DNA of 28,416 nt, taken from the NCBI GenBank assembly GCA_964370635.1, contig CAYJJU010000019.1, forward strand, positions 4,900 to 33,315. Reading direction: 5' to 3'. Shown piece by piece: positions 24,747-28,416 of the stretch. Source of the stretch: an uncultured Eubacteriales bacterium (GTDB lineage: Bacteria > Bacillota > Clostridia > Oscillospirales > Acutalibacteraceae). Below the pieces are notes generated by a model. It saw only the letters and a list, made by a program, of their open reading frames with translations, was not told where the DNA came from and did not search any database. Every line of letters starts with the position of its first letter. Within the stretch, counting starts at the first letter, position 1. The position numbers were made by a program, and so were the translations under genes.

Positions 24747-25517
24747 TTGTTACTTGCACTTGATGTTGGAAATACAAACATAACTATGGGCGTATATGAT
24801 GATAAAAATCTGATTTTCGTCTCACGTATGGCGACGGACACTGTGAGAATGGAAGACCAGTATGCGGTTGAAATTTCGGACATATTAAAGCTTTATAATA
24901 TTGATAGAAAGGCTATAAAAGGAGCCGTGATAAGCTCTGTTGTGCCAAGACTTACAGGCTATATTTCAAAGGCGATAAAACTTATTTTTTCGATAGAAGC
25001 ACTTGTTGTAAGCGCCGAGATAGTAAAAGATTTAGAGGTAAAAGGCGGAAGTCTAAATATGCTAGGAGCCGATTTAATTGTCGGTTGTCTTGCGGCAAAA
25101 AGGTTTTATTCTTATCCTAATATAGTAATAGACATGGGCACGGCGACTACGCTTTTTGTGACGGACAAGGATGGCTTTATAATAGGCGGCTCAATTTTAC
25201 CGGGGGTGGGAATATCGCTTGATGCACTGACAGGCAGGGCGGCACAGCTTTCTTCGGTAAGCCTAGAAACGCCAAAATCCGTAATAGGAACAAACACGCC
25301 GGCATGTATTCAGTCGGGCATAATTTTTGGTGCGTCGTCTATGATAGACGGACTTTGCGATAGAATAGAGACCGAACTCGGCTATAAGTGCACAAAAATA
25401 GCAACAGGCGGACTAGCAAAAACAGTCGTAGAAAACTGTAAATCAGAAATAATCCTAAGCGACACCTTGCTACTAGATGGGCTTAAGATTATTTATGAGG
25501 AATACTTTTTTAGTTGA
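24747..25517 (+). CDS. coaX: Type III pantothenate kinase.
   Basis: A TTG start follows GGGGGAA. Motifs: LLALDVGNTNITMG, IDMGTATT, GGSILPG and ATGG. Confidence 0.9.
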   Translation: MLLALDVGNTNITMGVYDDKNLIFVSRMATDTVRMEDQYAVEISDILKLYNIDRKAIKGAVISSVVPRLTGYISKAIKLIFSIEALVVSAEIVKDLEVKGGSLNMLGADLIVGCLAAKRFYSYPNIVIDMGTATTLFVTDKDGFIIGGSILPGVGISLDALTGRAAQLSSVSLETPKSVIGTNTPACIQSGIIFGASSMIDGLCDRIETELGYKCTKIATGGLAKTVVENCKSEIILSDTLLLDGLKIIYEEYFFS

Positions 25518-25530
25518 GAGTTGAGAGTTG
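25512..25530 (+). repeat. Heptamer micro-repeat (agttgag agttgag agttg) overlapping the coaX stop.
   Basis: Direct reading. Confidence 0.7.
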
Positions 25531-25576
25531 CGGTGAAATGCTTCGCATTTTTTGATTGTATAAGCTGCATTAATGT

Positions 25577-25613
25577 AAAAAGCTAACACTTTATAATGAA
25601 GTGTTAGCTTTTT
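25577..25613. terminator. Bidirectional terminator between coaX and the four-helix-bundle gene.
   Basis: Stem aaagctaacact/agtgttagcttt with a 9-nt loop, with an A-run before and a T-run after. Confidence 0.7.
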
Positions 25614-25958
25614 TTATCTATTATTTTTAGCTGTATTAATTGAAGAAATCAATATTTTTTTAACCTCAATGCAATGATTAAGAATTGTATTATCGTTATA
25701 ATAATCACTTTCGATTAATAATTCTAACCAATATTCAGTTTCAGAACATTCTTTTAGTGCGATTTGAAGCTTTGCAATAAAATCCGCTCTACCGTGAGCG
25801 TAAAATGCTTCCCTAATATTTGCGCCAATACTTGTGCCTGAGCGAATTAGCTGATTTGTTAATACAGTTTCTCTTTTGTTTTTCTTTATATCATTGCAGA
25901 CTTTAATAATTTCAAGTGCGAATTTTTTGGATTTACTTAATAAAATACTATCATTCAT
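25614..25958 (-). CDS. Four-helix-bundle protein (23S rRNA intervening-sequence protein / Avd family, PF05635-like).
   Basis: At 114 aa it reads QLIRSGTSIGANIREA....R.DFIAKLQIALKECSETEYWLELL, characteristic of this family. Confidence 0.8.
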   Translation of the reverse strand: MNDSILLSKSKKFALEIIKVCNDIKKNKRETVLTNQLIRSGTSIGANIREAFYAHGRADFIAKLQIALKECSETEYWLELLIESDYYNDNTILNHCIEVKKILISSINTAKNNR

Positions 25959-25984
25959 AACAATACTCCATTTCGCCTAAACTT

Positions 25985-26013
25985 CTTCACTATTAACTAT
26001 TACTTATTACTTC
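25985..26013 (-). repeat. Heptamer array. On the plus strand it reads cttcactattaactattacttattacttc. The complementary strand belongs to the taataag/taatagt family.
   Basis: Direct reading. The reverse complement is gaag-taataag-taatagt-taatagt-gaag. Confidence 0.75.
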
Positions 26014-26037
26014 AAAAAATCCTATGCAGATATTTTA

Positions 26038-26070
26038 AGTGAAGAGTGAATAGTGAATAAGTAATAAGTA
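26038..26070 (+). repeat. Heptamer array (gaagagt gaatagt gaataag taataag).
   Basis: Direct reading. It shares the string tgaatagtgaataagt with 3271-3286. Confidence 0.8.
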
Positions 26071-26096
26071 AAAAATCCTTCGTATTACTACAAAGG

Positions 26097-26121
26097 ATTT
26101 TTTTGGCAGGGGCAGAAGGAC
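26097..26121 (-). repeat. Perfect 25-nt duplicate of the tRNA-Trp 3' end plus the flanking A-run (att-like direct repeat).
   Basis: The plus-strand string atttttttggcaggggcagaaggac occurs identically at 26097-26121 and at 26280-26304. Confidence 0.9.
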
Positions 26122-26244
26122 AAATTCGCTTTGCGAATTTCGTGCTTGTAGCATAGCTACTTCACACCAATTTGCTAAAAACTTGCCACTGGCAACTTTT
26201 CTTAACGCAAATTACCCACTTTGGGTTCAAGTCCTTCCAAATGT

Positions 26245-26286
26245 AAAAAAAAATAAGCACAGGTCTTTGACCTGTACTTATTTTTT
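26245..26286 (-). terminator. Terminator directly after tRNA-Trp (bidirectional shape).
   Basis: Stem ataagcacaggtc/gacctgtacttat with one mismatch and the loop ttt, flanked by an A-run and a T-run. Confidence 0.7.
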
Positions 26287-26362
26287 TGGCAGGGGCAGAA
26301 GGACTTGAACCCTCGGCACGCGGTTTTGGAGACCGCTGCTCTACCAACTGAGCTATACCCCT
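26287..26362 (-). tRNA. tRNA-Trp (anticodon CCA).
   Basis: A minus-strand cloverleaf fits. The acceptor stem is aggggta/tgcccct and the D arm is gctc-agttggta-gagc. The anticodon arm is gcggt-ctCCAaa-accgc, the variable loop is gtgcc, and the T arm is gaggg-ttcaagt-ccttc. The discriminator is g and CCA is encoded. Length is 76 nt. Confidence 0.9.
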
Positions 26363-26380
26363 AAATTTAACAACTCATTT

Positions 26381-26409
26381 ATTTTATTATAGTTTTGTCA
26401 AAATGTCAA
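26381..26409 (-). promoter_or_regulatory. SigmaA promoter candidate for tRNA-Trp.
   Basis: On the minus strand: TTGACA (26409-26404), a 17-nt spacer, then TAAAAT (26386-26381). Confidence 0.5.
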
Positions 26410-26511
26410 GACTTTTTTATAGAATAATTTGTAATTTTAATTTGAATTTTTTTGCATTATGTGATATAACAATATTATACAATTATCGTACAATTCTATT
26501 TTGGAGGGTAT

Positions 26512-27390
26512 ATGGATACTTTATTTGAATATCGGGATATATTAAATTCGCGCTATGAGGTGTTTTTAGATAGCTTAGATTTTGACCATAAAAGCGTTAC
26601 GCCTCATTGGCATTATTTTATGGAGATAATTTATGTCATATCGGGAAGCTTTGAAGTGACGATTGACGGAAAAAAGAGCAGGGTAAAAGAGGATGGGATA
26701 GTTTTGTTTTTTCCTAGAAGCATACATTCTATGGAAAAAATTGAAAATAAACCGTCTAAATATTTTGTAATTAAGTTTGATATTAATAGGCTAAATATAG
26801 AAAATAGCTATACACCTAAGCTTTCGGGACTTTTCTCTAAGGCAAAAGAAAGCGATAATGCAAGCGTGGTGTTTTCTAAAGAGGAGCTAAAGGACTATGA
26901 TGTTAAAAAATATTTTGAAGCCTGCCTTTTGGAATCAAACAAAGAAAATTACGGATATGACCTTATAATTCACGGACAACTTATGTCACTTTTGATATCT
27001 CTTGTAAGGATTTGGAGAAGTAATGGCTTTGACACCGACTGCGTTGGCGCAAATTTAAAAGGTGAAAATTCTATTTACACCATTACAGAATATATAAATG
27101 AACATTCCTCAGAACAAATAAAAGTGGAAGATATTGCGGCTAAATGCAATGTCAGCTACTCTTACTTTGCAAAGGAATTTAAGAAAATTTATGGAAGGTC
27201 GTGTAAGGAGTACATCGAGTTTATAAGAGTGTGCAAAGTCGAAAACATGCTTCTCTTTACCGATTTTGACCTAAATTATATAAGCCAAGAAGTTGGGTTT
27301 TCCGACAGTAGCCACCTCATTAAAACCTTTAAAAAAGTAAAAAATATTACTCCGAAGCAGTACAAAAAGCTAAAATCGGGCAATTTGTAA
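26512..27390 (+). CDS. AraC-family transcriptional regulator (N-terminal cupin-like domain, C-terminal double HTH).
   Basis: The C-terminal part reads KVEDIAAKCNVSYSYFAKEFKKIYG.S..EYI...R......L......L.YISQEVGFSDSSHLIKTFKK....TPKQY. Confidence 0.85.
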   Translation: MDTLFEYRDILNSRYEVFLDSLDFDHKSVTPHWHYFMEIIYVISGSFEVTIDGKKSRVKEDGIVLFFPRSIHSMEKIENKPSKYFVIKFDINRLNIENSYTPKLSGLFSKAKESDNASVVFSKEELKDYDVKKYFEACLLESNKENYGYDLIIHGQLMSLLISLVRIWRSNGFDTDCVGANLKGENSIYTITEYINEHSSEQIKVEDIAAKCNVSYSYFAKEFKKIYGRSCKEYIEFIRVCKVENMLLFTDFDLNYISQEVGFSDSSHLIKTFKKVKNITPKQYKKLKSGNL

Positions 27391-27447
27391 TAAAAGTATC
27401 AACAATTTTGTTGTTTTGTTTTCAAAAAATTAGTTTTATTTATTTTG

Positions 27448-27476
27448 TTGATTTATGAAAAAAATAGGAGTATAAT
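27448..27476 (+). promoter_or_regulatory. SigmaA promoter candidate for the mrp operon.
   Basis: TTGATT (27448-27453), a 17-nt spacer, then TATAAT (27471-27476). Confidence 0.55.
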
Positions 27477-27517
27477 GAGTTTGTTTAAAGTTTATTAATA
27501 ATTAAGAGGTAAATAAA

Positions 27518-27988
27518 ATGCTTTTTATTTTATATTTTTTATGGATAGTATTTAATGGGAAAATCACATTTGAAATACTTTGGATAGGCGCACTTGTAAG
27601 CGGCGCTATATACTTTTTTTGTTGCAAATTTTTGGATTTTAGTCCTAAGAAAGAACTTTTCTTTGCGAAAAAAGCGTTGTTCTTTTTAAGATATGCAGGG
27701 CTACTCGTAAAAGAAATTTTAAAAGCGAATATAGAAGTAATAAAACTTTTGTTCTCAAGTGAGAAGCCAAAACCTGTGCTAATGCATTTTAATCCTAAAT
27801 TTAAATCTGATGCGGCAAAAGTTATATTATCTCATTCAATTACACTAACCCCCGGTACAATTACTGTTGAAATTGTAGAGGGGGAATTTTGGGTACACTG
27901 TATTGATGAAAGTTTTGCACAGGGGATAGATAATTCATCTTTTATTTGTCTGCTTAGAAAAATGGAGAGGAGCGAAAACAATGATTGA
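27518..27988 (+). CDS. mnhE: Na+/H+ (monovalent cation/H+) antiporter subunit E.
   Basis: SHSITLTPGTITVE, characteristic of the MrpE/MnhE family, plus two N-terminal TM helices. Confidence 0.8.
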   Translation: MLFILYFLWIVFNGKITFEILWIGALVSGAIYFFCCKFLDFSPKKELFFAKKALFFLRYAGLLVKEILKANIEVIKLLFSSEKPKPVLMHFNPKFKSDAAKVILSHSITLTPGTITVEIVEGEFWVHCIDESFAQGIDNSSFICLLRKMERSENND

Positions 27989-28310
27989 AAGCTTGTATGA
28001 TTATTTATTTATAGTTTCGATAGTAATACTTTGCGCACTTGTTGTTTTTGCGCTTATAAGGGCGATAAGAGGGCCTAGGGTGGCCGACAGAATAATAGCC
28101 ATCAATACCATGGGTACATTAATAATCGTAATAATTGCCGTGTTATCGGCGCTACTTGATGAGGAATATCTTGTAGACATTTCTTTGATTTATGCGATGA
28201 TTAGTTTTTTAGCGGTTGTCGTTTTAACCAAGGTGTACATGGGTGCTCATGAGCAAGAGAAGCATGAGGCAAAGAAAAAACTTGAAGAAAACAAGGGAGG
28301 TAAGCCGTGA
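27981..28310 (+). CDS. mnhF: Monovalent cation/H+ antiporter subunit F.
   Basis: LIRAIRGPRVADRIIAINTMGT resembles the MrpF motif RxxxGPxxxDRxxAxD, and there are three TM helices. The gene overlaps mnhE by 8 nt. Confidence 0.8.
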   Translation: MIESLYDYLFIVSIVILCALVVFALIRAIRGPRVADRIIAINTMGTLIIVIIAVLSALLDEEYLVDISLIYAMISFLAVVVLTKVYMGAHEQEKHEAKKKLEENKGGKP

Positions 28311-28416
28311 TGGAGTGGATAAAATATGGGTTTTCTGTTTTATTTATGGCTATAGGGCTATTCACCTTACTTGTCTCAATGTTTGGGATATTTAAATTTA
28401 AATTTGCGATGAATCG
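28310..28416 (+). CDS. mnhG: Monovalent cation/H+ antiporter subunit G, 3'-truncated by the window edge.
   Basis: The ATG at 28310 overlaps the mnhF stop (TGATG), with the RBS AGGGAGG upstream. The sequence MEWIKYGFSVLFMAIGLFTLLVSMFGIFKFKFAMNR resembles an MrpG N-terminus. Operon order also supports the call. Confidence 0.65.
   Translation, partial: MEWIKYGFSVLFMAIGLFTLLVSMFGIFKFKFAMN

Noticed and set aside
25614-25958. The four-helix-bundle gene might be the Avd component of a diversity-generating retroelement.
   Set aside because: No reverse transcriptase ORF and no template/variable repeat pair exists anywhere in the window. I kept it only as an orphan cassette.
26162-26347. A 61-aa minus-strand ORF.
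   Set aside because: It reads through the tRNA-Trp gene and its terminator, so it is spurious.
26097-26362. An intact prophage or genomic island might be integrated at tRNA-Trp.
   Set aside because: The direct repeats enclose only 158 bp. No integrase, excisionase or phage genes occur on either side within the window.

Overview
This looks like a low-GC Firmicutes, Clostridia-like chromosomal segment. Supporting signs are the spmA/spmB spore-maturation genes, fhs, an mrp antiporter operon, and many near-consensus TTGACA-N17-TATAAT promoters.

Most coding capacity is housekeeping:
- the 3' part of a very large repeat-rich surface protein
- ilvE
- a SEDS (RodA/FtsW-family) gene
- a tight fhs-tsaE-tsaB-rpiB-upp cluster
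- a yefM-yoeB type II TA pair
- tmcAL divergent from ackA
- an acidic lipoprotein
- tRNA-Thr(CGU)
- an MCP, a GNAT and an aldo-keto reductase
- a tight minus-strand pepV-HDIG-unknown-PHP-metG cluster
- spmAB and coaX
- an orphan four-helix-bundle (23S-IVS/Avd family) gene
- tRNA-Trp(CCA)
- an AraC regulator and mrpEFG

The unusual content is non-coding or too small for the ORF track:
1. A convergent promoter pair at 17.57-17.89 kb encloses an unannotated 24-codon hydrophobic ORF and a 3'-overlapping antisense transcript. I read this as a candidate type I toxin-antitoxin module.
2. ilvE is bracketed by two roughly 250-bp near-identical inverted repeats packed with terminator-like hairpins.
3. 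A nested REP-like palindrome lies downstream of ilvE.
4. Heptamer micro-repeat arrays are shared between the ilvE flank and the four-helix-bundle cassette.
5. A perfect 25-nt duplication of the tRNA-Trp 3' end sits 183 bp downstream, together with an inverted T-arm fragment, resembling an att scar.
6. A tandemly duplicated two-hairpin module follows tRNA-Thr.

No CRISPR array, rRNA, integrase or transposase was seen. All functional calls come from motif recognition by eye, and no database search was run.
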